A DNA stretch of 32,000 nt. Origin: Pseudoalteromonas translucida KMM 520. GTDB taxonomy: Bacteria > Pseudomonadota > Gammaproteobacteria > Enterobacterales > Alteromonadaceae. Shown piece after piece: positions 8,388 through 16,068 of the stretch (the stretch's first letter is position 1; every line of letters begins with the position of its first letter). Location of the stretch: the NCBI RefSeq assembly GCF_001465295.1, contig NZ_CP011034.1, forward strand, positions 180,001 to 212,000, written 5' to 3'. The notes below the pieces were generated by a model that ran no database searches, was not told the origin of the DNA, and saw only the letters and a program-made list of their open reading frames with translations. The position numbers and the translations under genes were made by a program.

Positions 8388-8577
8388 CCAGAAGCTCTCC
8401 ACCAAACTAATAAGCTACGTTTAAATAGCTATTGGTGACAGTCGCTAGGATTCAACCTAGTCGCCCGAAACAACAATGACACAAACATTGTTGTTTCTCG
8501 GCGTTAATTCCCCTTACGTATGCTCAATGGAGTTTGTGCTCCTAACATACGCTACCTGAATAACGCACCTCTTCCAG
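8388..8577 (-). promoter_or_regulatory. Lysine riboswitch (L-box) aptamer in the 5' leader of the dapA-like operon
   Basis: The minus strand reads CUGGAAG-AGAGGUGCGUUA...AGGUAGCGUAUG..GGAGCACAAACUCC..CAUACGUAAGGGGAAUUAACGCCGAGAAACAACAAUG-uuugugu-CAUUGUUGUUUCGGGCGA-CUAGG-uugaau-CCUAG-CGACUGUCACCAA...UUGGUG-GAGAG-CUUCUGG. The conserved AGAGGUGC, GGAG, AAGGGGA, CGCCGAG, CUGUCA and GAGAG blocks are all present. Helices P1-P5 can be drawn, including a perfect 12-bp P3. The layout parallels the E. coli lysC leader as I recall it. Confidence 0.88.
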
Positions 8578-8634
8578 CCCTTTATATTTGTACTGCAAGC
8601 AATACAAATATAATTAAATAGGGTAAGTGCGATG

Positions 8635-8664
8635 ATTAAATCATTTTAGCCATCTGGGTGTCAA
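8635..8664 (-). promoter_or_regulatory. Candidate sigma70 promoter for the L-box operon
   Basis: The minus strand has TTGACA (8664-8659), an 18-nt spacer and TTTAAT (8640-8635) preceded by TGa (extended -10). This puts a predicted start about 50 nt upstream of riboswitch P1. It is a sequence match only. Confidence 0.4.
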
Positions 8665-8784
8665 GCAGCTAAATGCAGATAGTGTCATCGATTTTGGTAA
8701 CGGTTACGTATAAGGACGATTTCCCTTAAACTAGGGGTTAATCGCGGCGCGAAATTTGTAACTGCAAAATAAGGTTTCAAGCAG

Positions 8785-9483
8785 ATGGAAAAATTTAATG
8801 ATATTTATCAGCGAGCAGTAGAGCGAAAAGGCTCAACACAAATGCTACAGCAACTACTCGCTAAACCCGCATCTAAGCAACAATTAGCAGCTTTAAGTGA
8901 TGATGATTGGCTGGAAGAGTTTACGCGTAAGGTTTTTCAAAGTGGCTTTTACTGGTCGGTTATTAACAGCAAGTGGGCAGGTTTTAGAGAGGTTTTTTGG
9001 CAGTTTAGCGTTGAAAAATTATTAATGATGCCGCCCGATATGTTGGAGCAAAAAGCCAGCGATGAGCGTATTGTTCGCAATTATAAAAAAGTAAAAACGA
9101 TCCCCGAAAATGCATTCATGATCCATGAGGTTACCCAGCAACATGGTAGCTTTAGTCAGTTTATTGCAGACTGGCCAAGTGAAGATATTATTGGTTTGTG
9201 GGCGTACTTAAAAAAACACGGTGCACGCTTGGGTGGAAATACCGGCCCTTATACTTTGCGTGCATTGGGTAAAGACACCTTTTTATTATCGCGGGATGTT
9301 GAGAGTTATTTGCGCGCGCACAAAATTATTGATGGTGGCTTACAAACTAAAAAGTCGTTAACTGCAGCGCAAGCATTTTTTAATGAATTACAGCAACAAA
9401 GCGGTTTGAGCATGCAAGAGCTAAGCTTAATTATAGCCTACAGTGTAGGCGATAATCGTGTAGGTATAAGCCAACAACAGTAG
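8785..9483 (+). CDS. DNA-3-methyladenine glycosylase I (Tag)-like domain protein, atypical
   Basis: 232-aa ORF. Residues about 40-130 (WLEEFTRKVFQSGFYWSVINSKWAGFREVFWQF...IVRNYKKVKTIPENA...GSFSQFIADW) align with the helix-hairpin-helix core of E. coli Tag. The protein contains no cysteine at all and lacks the N-terminal YHDxEWG block. Confidence 0.55.
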   Translation: MEKFNDIYQRAVERKGSTQMLQQLLAKPASKQQLAALSDDDWLEEFTRKVFQSGFYWSVINSKWAGFREVFWQFSVEKLLMMPPDMLEQKASDERIVRNYKKVKTIPENAFMIHEVTQQHGSFSQFIADWPSEDIIGLWAYLKKHGARLGGNTGPYTLRALGKDTFLLSRDVESYLRAHKIIDGGLQTKKSLTAAQAFFNELQQQSGLSMQELSLIIAYSVGDNRVGISQQQ

Positions 9484-9492
9484 AGGGTAGTT

Positions 9493-10902
9493 ATGAATTT
9501 AATGCCAAGGTACAGACAAGTAGCCGACAATTTTGCAATTGAAGATCGCCCATCTAAGGTGGCCGCCCCACAGCTATTACTCTGGAACGACAGCTTAGCT
9601 AAAGCGTTTAATATTAATGTAGCTCCTGAGTTACGGGCCAGTACTTTTGGCGGCAACGAACAGCAAGCAATTGCAGCGGTTGCACTAGGATACTCAGGGC
9701 ATCAATTTGGACATTTTTCACCACGCTTAGGCGATGGGCGTGCTCATTTGCTAGGTGCAGTAGCGGATGCGCAAAACCAGTTGTGGGACATTCAATTAAA
9801 AGGCTCTGGTGCCACTCCTTACTCTCGTGGTGGCGATGGCCGCTGTGCACTTGGCCCAGCAATACGTGAATATATAATGAGCGAAGCAATGCAAGCGTTA
9901 GGTGTTAAAACCACGCGATGCTTAGCTGTGGTTGGTAGTGGCGAAACCGTGTACCGAAACCCACCTCAACCTGGTGCTATTGTAACGCGCCTAGCCAGTA
10001 GCCACATTCGTGTTGGCTCGTTTCAGTATTTAGCAACACAAGGCGACGTTGCAGGGCTTAAAAACCTTGCCGACTTAGCTATTGAGCGTCATTACCCAAA
10101 AATTCAAACTACAGGACCTGAGCGTTATTTAGCATTTTTAGCTGCAGTGATTAAAAACCAAGTTGAGCTGGTGGTTAGTTGGATGCGAGTAGGCTTTATA
10201 CATGGCGTAATGAATACCGATAATACGCTGGTTAGCGGCGAAACTATCGATTATGGCCCATGCGCCATGATGAATAGCTTTGATTTTGATACCGTGTTTA
10301 GCTCTATTGATAAGCAAGGGCGTTATGCATTTGGTAATCAACCTAATATTGCTAATTGGAACTGCGCCCGCTTAGCTGAGAGTTTAATACCGCTTGTAAA
10401 TGATGACGACGAACAAGCTGTGGCATTAATGACCCCAATAATAGATAGTTTTGCTGAACAATTTAATGCTGAATTTAGTGCAATGTGGGCAACTAAGCTA
10501 GGCTTAGCAGGTACAGATACAGCCGATAAAGAGTTAATTTCAGAGCTATTACAGTTATTAAAAGAGCATCAACTCGACTACACCAATACGTTTGATGCAC
10601 TAACCGAGTCTTTAACAGGTGCAATGAGCATACCAGGGGCATTAGTTCAGTGGGCCGGTAAGTGGCAAAAACGCACCGATGATCGCAGCTATACAGTAAT
10701 GCGCGTAGCTAATCCGCGAGTTATTCCTCGTAACCATGTGATCGAAAAAATACTTAGTGAGTATAATAAGGCTGGCTCAAGTGAATTACTGCATGAGTTT
10801 ATGCAGGTCATGCACACACCTTATGAAAATACTGACAAATTGGCAAAATTTCAGGATGCACCTAGCAGTGATAAAGAGTATTATACTTTTTGTGGTACTT
10901 AA
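9493..10902 (+). CDS. selO: Protein adenylyltransferase SelO (YdiU/UPF0061)
   Basis: 469-aa ORF with GYSGHQFGHFSPRLGDGRAHLLG, LKGSGATPYSRGGDGRCALGPAIREYIMSEAM and GFIHGVMNTDN, the pseudokinase-fold SelO signature blocks. It starts 9 nt after the Tag-like stop. Confidence 0.92.
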   Translation: MNLMPRYRQVADNFAIEDRPSKVAAPQLLLWNDSLAKAFNINVAPELRASTFGGNEQQAIAAVALGYSGHQFGHFSPRLGDGRAHLLGAVADAQNQLWDIQLKGSGATPYSRGGDGRCALGPAIREYIMSEAMQALGVKTTRCLAVVGSGETVYRNPPQPGAIVTRLASSHIRVGSFQYLATQGDVAGLKNLADLAIERHYPKIQTTGPERYLAFLAAVIKNQVELVVSWMRVGFIHGVMNTDNTLVSGETIDYGPCAMMNSFDFDTVFSSIDKQGRYAFGNQPNIANWNCARLAESLIPLVNDDDEQAVALMTPIIDSFAEQFNAEFSAMWATKLGLAGTDTADKELISELLQLLKEHQLDYTNTFDALTESLTGAMSIPGALVQWAGKWQKRTDDRSYTVMRVANPRVIPRNHVIEKILSEYNKAGSSELLHEFMQVMHTPYENTDKLAKFQDAPSSDKEYYTFCGT

Positions 10903-11286
10903 TCATTATATTTGGGTTTAAATTGCTGATAATATAAGGTTATTTAGCGTACTTAGAGCTGCCTAATTATTGAGCTTAATTGGCTGCAGTGGTATTATTG
11001 CTACTCAATTTAAGGCTAAGTAGCTTGGAACTTAATATAACTCACCTAGTGAAGTTGGTACTATTATTTAATAAATTTAGATACCAGCGTAGTATTTATT
11101 CTCTAGGGGTTGGGTAAAGTAATTTATATGTCCTAAACTTACTAATACTTGTATATAGTGTATTGAAAATGAATTAATTTATCTTTTGTTAAGTATTGAT
11201 TAATAAAGGATCAGGTAATCTTAAAAAAACTGGTTGAGCTAGAAAGAATTAGCTATATTTTTAATTGTTAAAATGGGAAGAAAACA

Positions 11287-12342
11287 ATGAAATTAAAATC
11301 ACTTACAATCGCAATTGCGTTAGCTGCAACTAGCGCATCAGCATTTGCTGCAGAAAAAACTGAAGGTTTTTACATTGGTGTATTCGGTGACTACTATGAT
11401 GCTTCATGGAGAAACATGCGTGACCAAGCTGGCTTAGATGTAAACGAGTCAACAGGCTGGGGTGCTGAAGTTGGTTACCGTTTCAGTGATTACTGGAGCG
11501 CTCGTCTTGAGTATGCAGACATGGACTTTAATGCATTTGACAAGGTTGCTGGCAACCGTAACGGTATTGACGGTGAGCGTTATGGTATCGATGCGCTGTA
11601 TCACTTTGGTGGTGGTCCTTTTTACGGTCTATTTGGTGTTAAAGAAATGGATGCAGCAATAGATAATACTTTCTTGAACGCAGGTGTTGGTTACCAGCAC
11701 TTCATTACAGACGGTTTATTTGTTAACGCAGAAACATCTGTTTATCAAGGTCTTGACCGTGGTTATACCGATGTGAACGCTAAATTAGGTATTAACTACT
11801 TATTTGGTCAAAGTTCAGTAGCAGAAGAGCCAGTTCAACCAGCTCCAGAGCCAGTAATTGTTGAAGTTGCACCAGTAGACAGCGACAACGATAACATTCC
11901 AGATGCAGATGATAAGTGCCCTAACACACCAATGGTAGATGCAGTTGATGCTGATGGTTGTACACTTTATGAAAATAAAGAAGTAACGGTTAAGTTATTA
12001 GTAACTTTCCCTAATAATACAGCTAATGTACCAAACAAATACTTTGATGATATCAAGCAAGTTGCAGATTTCATGAAAGAAAATAGCGCAGTAACAGTGC
12101 AATTAGAAGGTCATGCTTCTGCACCAGGCGATGCTAGCTATAACCAATCACTATCTGAAAAGCGTGCAAAAGATGTAGCTGCAGAATTAGTTAAAGATGG
12201 AATAGAAGAGTCTCGCATTTCTACTGTGGGTTACGGTGAAGACCGTCTTAAAAACCCAGCCAACACACGTGCTGCAAACGCAGAGAATCGTCGTGTTGAA
12301 GCACAGTTAACTGCTACAGAAAAAGTAAAAGTTAAGCGTTAA
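11287..12342 (+). CDS. OmpA-family outer-membrane protein (beta-barrel + thrombospondin-type-3 Ca-binding repeat + OmpA_C peptidoglycan-binding domain)
   Basis: Signal peptide MKLKSLTIAIALAATSASAFA, followed by an aromatic-rich barrel segment ending NYLF. The linker carries DSDNDNIPDADDKCPNTP...DADGC. The C-terminal domain has LEGHASAPG...YNQSLSEKRA..V...L...G......GYGE..P........NRRVE. Codon usage looks like a highly expressed gene. Confidence 0.9.
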   Translation: MKLKSLTIAIALAATSASAFAAEKTEGFYIGVFGDYYDASWRNMRDQAGLDVNESTGWGAEVGYRFSDYWSARLEYADMDFNAFDKVAGNRNGIDGERYGIDALYHFGGGPFYGLFGVKEMDAAIDNTFLNAGVGYQHFITDGLFVNAETSVYQGLDRGYTDVNAKLGINYLFGQSSVAEEPVQPAPEPVIVEVAPVDSDNDNIPDADDKCPNTPMVDAVDADGCTLYENKEVTVKLLVTFPNNTANVPNKYFDDIKQVADFMKENSAVTVQLEGHASAPGDASYNQSLSEKRAKDVAAELVKDGIEESRISTVGYGEDRLKNPANTRAANAENRRVEAQLTATEKVKVKR

Positions 12343-12360
12343 TAGCTATTTATTTATATG

Positions 12361-12387
12361 AACCCAGCTTTATGTTGGGTTTTTTTA
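12361..12387 (+). terminator. Rho-independent terminator of the ompA-family gene
   Basis: AACCCAGC-tttat-GTTGGGTT followed by TTTTT, 19 nt after the stop. Confidence 0.85.
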
Positions 12388-12635
12388 TGCCTACTAAAAA
12401 CTAAAATTAAAAATAAATACTAATGATTCTTACTTAATAAACATTCATAGAAATTGATTTTACTTTATCTACTATTCATAATACTTATAGTCGGTATAAT
12501 CAGTTGCTGAACTGGATAGATTTTCATCTAACCATAAAAGCTTTATAATTAAGCGTTAGAATACTATAAGTATTGGGTAACATTGCGCTTATGAAGCGCT
12601 ACCGAATACTTTCACGTCACCAAGAGGGCAATATT

Positions 12636-15233
12636 GTGCTACAAGAATATCGTAAACACGTAGAAGAACGTGCCGCGTTAGGTATCGTACCAGCGCCATT
12701 AGATGCTCAGCAAACGGCTGATCTTATTGAATTAATCAAAACTCCACCGGCTGGTGAAGAAGAATTTATTCTCGACTTATTAGCTAATCGTGTACCGGCA
12801 GGTGTTGATGATGCAGCTTATATCAAAGCAGGATTTTTAGCGGCAGTTGCTAAAGGTGAAACTAATTCTCCATTACTTTCTAAAGAAAAAGCGGCAGAAT
12901 TATTAGGTACTATGCTGGGCGGTTACAATATCGCACCTATGATAGACCTACTTGATGACGACACACTTGCACCAATCGTAGTTAAAGGCCTTTCAAACAC
13001 ATTATTAATGTTTGATGCATTTTACGATGTAGAAGAAAAAGCAAAAGCGGGTAACACATTCGCTAAGCAAATTATTGAGTCTTGGGCAAATGCAGAATGG
13101 TTTACTAATAAACCAGCTGTTGCTGAAAAGATTTCAGTTACTGTATTTAAAGTAACTGGCGAAACAAATACGGATGACTTGTCACCTGCACCAGATGCAT
13201 GGTCTCGTCCAGATATTCCACTACATGCTTTAGCTATGCTAAAAATTGAACGTGATGGTATCACTCCTGACAAACCAGGCGAAGTAGGCCCAATCACCCA
13301 ACTAGAAGAATTAAAAACTAAAGGCTTACCACTAGCTTACGTTGGTGATGTTGTTGGTACGGGTTCTTCACGTAAATCTGCAACTAACTCAGTGCTTTGG
13401 TTTATGGGCGATGATATCCCGTTTGTACCAAATAAGCGTGTTGGCGGTGTATGTCTAGGTAATAAAATTGCACCAATCTTCTTTAACACTATGGAAGATT
13501 CTGGCGCTTTACCAATTGAGCTAAATGTTGATGAACTTAACATGGGCGAGCAAATTGACATCTACCCATACGAAGGTGTTGTTAAGCAGCATGGTACTGA
13601 TAAAGTAATCTCTAAGTTTGAACTTAAATCTGAAGTGATTTTAGATGAAGTTCGTGCTGGTGGTCGTATTCCACTAATCATTGGTCGTGGTTTAACAGAC
13701 AAAGCACGTACATCACTTGGTTTAGGTGCTACTGATATATTTAAAGTACCAACAGCAACTGAAGTATCAGATAAAGGCTTTACACTAGCGCAAAAAATGG
13801 TTGGTAAAGCATGTAACGTTGCAGGTATTCGCCCAGGTCAATACTGTGAGCCTAAAATGACAACTGTTGGCTCGCAAGATACAACAGGTCCTATGACACG
13901 TGATGAGCTTAAAGATTTAGCCTGTTTAGGTTTCTCTGCAGACTTAACAATGCAGTCTTTCTGTCATACATCTGCATACCCAAAACCTATTGATGTAAAC
14001 ACGCATCACACGCTTCCTGATTTCATCATGAACCGTGGCGGCGTTTCACTTCGCCCAGGTGACGGTATTATTCACTCATGGTTAAACCGTATGTTATTAC
14101 CAGATACCGTAGGTACTGGTGGTGATTCGCATACACGTTTCCCATTAGGTATTTCATTCCCAGCGGGCTCGGGTGCAGTAGCATTCGCAGCAGCAACAGG
14201 TGTTATGCCTCTTGATATGCCTGAGTCAATTTTGGTTCGTTTTAAAGGCGAAATGCAACCAGGTATCACATTACGTGACCTTGTTCATGCAATCCCTTAC
14301 TACGGTATCAAGCAAGGCTTATTAACAGTTGAGAAAAAAGGTAAAATCAACGAGTTCTCTGGTCGCGTACTAGAAATTGAAGGCGTTGAGCACCTAACTG
14401 TTGAGCAAGCGTTTGAATTATCAGATGCATCTGCTGAGCGTTCAGCTGCAGGTTGTACGGTTAAGCTTTCAAAAGAGTCTATTTCTGAATACCTAGAATC
14501 AAACATTGTTATGCTTAAGTGGATGATCTCTGAAGGTTATGGCGATGTACGTACGATTGAACGTCGTATTAATGCAATGCAAGACTGGTTAGCTAATCCT
14601 GAGCTTATGGAAGCAGATAAAGATGCTGAATACGCTCACGTAGTTGAAATCGACTTAGCTGAGATTAAAGAGCCAGTTCTTTGTGCTCCAAATGATCCAG
14701 ATGACGCGCGTCTACTTTCTGATGTTGCTGGCGAGAAAATTGATGAAGTATTCATCGGTTCTTGTATGACTAACATTGGTCACTTCCGCGCGGCTGGTAA
14801 GTTACTAGATGGCTTTAAAGGTCAACTACCTACTCAGCTTTGGGTTGCTCCACCTACTAAGATGGACAAAGACCAACTAATTGAAGAAGGCTACTATGGC
14901 ATCTTTGGTCGTGTTGGCGCACGTATAGAAACTCCAGGTTGTTCATTATGTATGGGTAACCAAGCACGTGTTGCTGATAAAGCAACGGTAGTGTCTACCT
15001 CTACACGTAACTTCCCTAACCGTTTAGGTAATGGTGCAAATGTATTTTTAGCATCATCTGAACTTGCTGCAGTTGCGGCAATTATCGGTCGATTGCCAAC
15101 TGCTGCTGAGTATCAAGAGTATGCAGCGAAGATCAATGCAACAGCGTCAGATACATATCGCTACTTGAACTTCCATCGCATGCCTGCTTACACTAAAAAA
15201 GCAGACAACGTGATCATTCAACAAGCAGTATAA
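12636..15233 (+). CDS. acnB: Aconitate hydratase B / 2-methylisocitrate dehydratase
   Basis: From GTG 12636 the product is 865 aa, the same as E. coli AcnB. It begins (M)[25 protein letters not shown], matching E. coli MLEEYRKHVAERAAEGIAPKPLDANQ. An AGAGGG SD lies at 12623-12628. The three Fe-S ligand cysteines are in expected contexts ([16 protein letters not shown]). The TTG at 12573 that opens the ORF is probably not used. Confidence 0.95.
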   Translation: MLQEYRKHVEERAALGIVPAPLDAQQTADLIELIKTPPAGEEEFILDLLANRVPAGVDDAAYIKAGFLAAVAKGETNSPLLSKEKAAELLGTMLGGYNIAPMIDLLDDDTLAPIVVKGLSNTLLMFDAFYDVEEKAKAGNTFAKQIIESWANAEWFTNKPAVAEKISVTVFKVTGETNTDDLSPAPDAWSRPDIPLHALAMLKIERDGITPDKPGEVGPITQLEELKTKGLPLAYVGDVVGTGSSRKSATNSVLWFMGDDIPFVPNKRVGGVCLGNKIAPIFFNTMEDSGALPIELNVDELNMGEQIDIYPYEGVVKQHGTDKVISKFELKSEVILDEVRAGGRIPLIIGRGLTDKARTSLGLGATDIFKVPTATEVSDKGFTLAQKMVGKACNVAGIRPGQYCEPKMTTVGSQDTTGPMTRDELKDLACLGFSADLTMQSFCHTSAYPKPIDVNTHHTLPDFIMNRGGVSLRPGDGIIHSWLNRMLLPDTVGTGGDSHTRFPLGISFPAGSGAVAFAAATGVMPLDMPESILVRFKGEMQPGITLRDLVHAIPYYGIKQGLLTVEKKGKINEFSGRVLEIEGVEHLTVEQAFELSDASAERSAAGCTVKLSKESISEYLESNIVMLKWMISEGYGDVRTIERRINAMQDWLANPELMEADKDAEYAHVVEIDLAEIKEPVLCAPNDPDDARLLSDVAGEKIDEVFIGSCMTNIGHFRAAGKLLDGFKGQLPTQLWVAPPTKMDKDQLIEEGYYGIFGRVGARIETPGCSLCMGNQARVADKATVVSTSTRNFPNRLGNGANVFLASSELAAVAAIIGRLPTAAEYQEYAAKINATASDTYRYLNFHRMPAYTKKADNVIIQQAV

Positions 15234-15250
15234 TTTTTACAGCTTATTTA

Positions 15251-15274
15251 AAAACCCGCTTTTGCGGGTTTTTT
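15251..15274 (+). terminator. Rho-independent terminator of acnB
   Basis: AAAA-CCCGC-tttt-GCGGG-TTTTTT, 18 nt after the stop. Confidence 0.9.
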
Positions 15275-15432
15275 ATTGGCTAAAATAAATTTTAGATAGT
15301 TAATGTTGTTTTTTTGCATTTGTTGTATTAATTTTAGTGGTTAATTGTTTTGAAGTTAAATAATAAAGCAATAAATCCTCTTTGCATGCATTAAAATCCC
15401 TGCAATATTATAATTACTATAGCAGGATTTAT

Positions 15433-16065
15433 ATGACCGCTTTAAACCCCCAGAATTTACTGCAGCTGCGTTTTATTAACCAAACAAATATTGATTTGGT
15501 TAAGCCTTCTTTTGATAACCTGCCGACTAATCCTTATGCAGATGGTGCCTTTCGTAAACGCCGTTACTCTGTAGTTAAACTACAAAATGGTGAGCTAAAG
15601 CTACAAGCAACAAAAGCATTTGTACAAGATGATGCAATTAATACTTTTCAGGGTAATGTTGAGCGTAGCTACGAAAATTTAGAGCAAAGCCTACTTGAGT
15701 CAGCGGGCATGAAAAGTATTGTGAATGAGTTTCGTCAAATTACTGGGATTGATGAAGAACGTGATATCGAAATTCATCAATTTCGTATGTTAGCGATTGA
15801 TAGTGATACGCCTGCGGCGCCAGAAGGCGTGCACCAAGATGGTTTTGATCATGTGTGTGTATGTGGTGTATCGCATGAAAACTTAGAGGGCGGTGAGTTG
15901 CTTGTATACGAAAACAAGCAAGCCGATCCCTGTTTTAAAATGGCCATAAAAGACGGTATGTTTGCAGTTATTAACGACCGTCAAGTGTGGCATAACGCCA
16001 CTCCAATGAATAAACTTGATGCCAGTAAACCAGGTTACCTGGATTGCTTTGTATTAACGTCTTAA
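15433..16065 (+). CDS. 2OG-Fe dioxygenase family protein (PF10014 type, L-isoleucine dioxygenase IDO-like amino-acid hydroxylase family)
   Basis: Blocks YADGAFRKRRYS, IHQFRM, PEGVHQDGFDHV (HxD), GGEL and QVWHNATP (distal His) parallel B. thuringiensis IDO (AYGECRARSYS, LHQVRY, PIWLHKDDEPVV, GGDN, KVFHAVTP, from memory). I prefer ATG 15433, which has AGGA 5 nt upstream, over the TTG at 15382 that opens the ORF. Confidence 0.75.
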   Translation: MTALNPQNLLQLRFINQTNIDLVKPSFDNLPTNPYADGAFRKRRYSVVKLQNGELKLQATKAFVQDDAINTFQGNVERSYENLEQSLLESAGMKSIVNEFRQITGIDEERDIEIHQFRMLAIDSDTPAAPEGVHQDGFDHVCVCGVSHENLEGGELLVYENKQADPCFKMAIKDGMFAVINDRQVWHNATPMNKLDASKPGYLDCFVLTS

Positions 16066-16068
16066 GGA

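Noticed and set aside
10903-11286. 384-nt AT-rich gap upstream of the ompA-family gene, and the 248-nt gap upstream of acnB (12388-12635), examined for sRNA genes, repeats or riboswitches.
   Set aside because: I found only weak dyads (for example GCGCTT-atg-AAGCGC at 12585-12599) and -10-like hexamers (TATAAT at 12495 and 12544). Long leaders are normal for ompA- and acnB-type genes. Nothing rises above background by eye.
12573-12635. Upstream extensions of several ORFs in the track: acnB from 12573, glpD to 20035, thioesterase from 17939, astA from 25659, dioxygenase from 15382, fabY from 1952, pabA from 22251.
   Set aside because: For acnB, glpD, astA and pabA, alignment with the remembered E. 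coli N-termini supports the internal starts used in the feature table, with SD motifs for acnB and glpD. For fabY and the dioxygenase, the internal starts rest on SD motifs at proper spacing. The 17939 extension would also overlap the divergent oxygenase gene by 96 nt.
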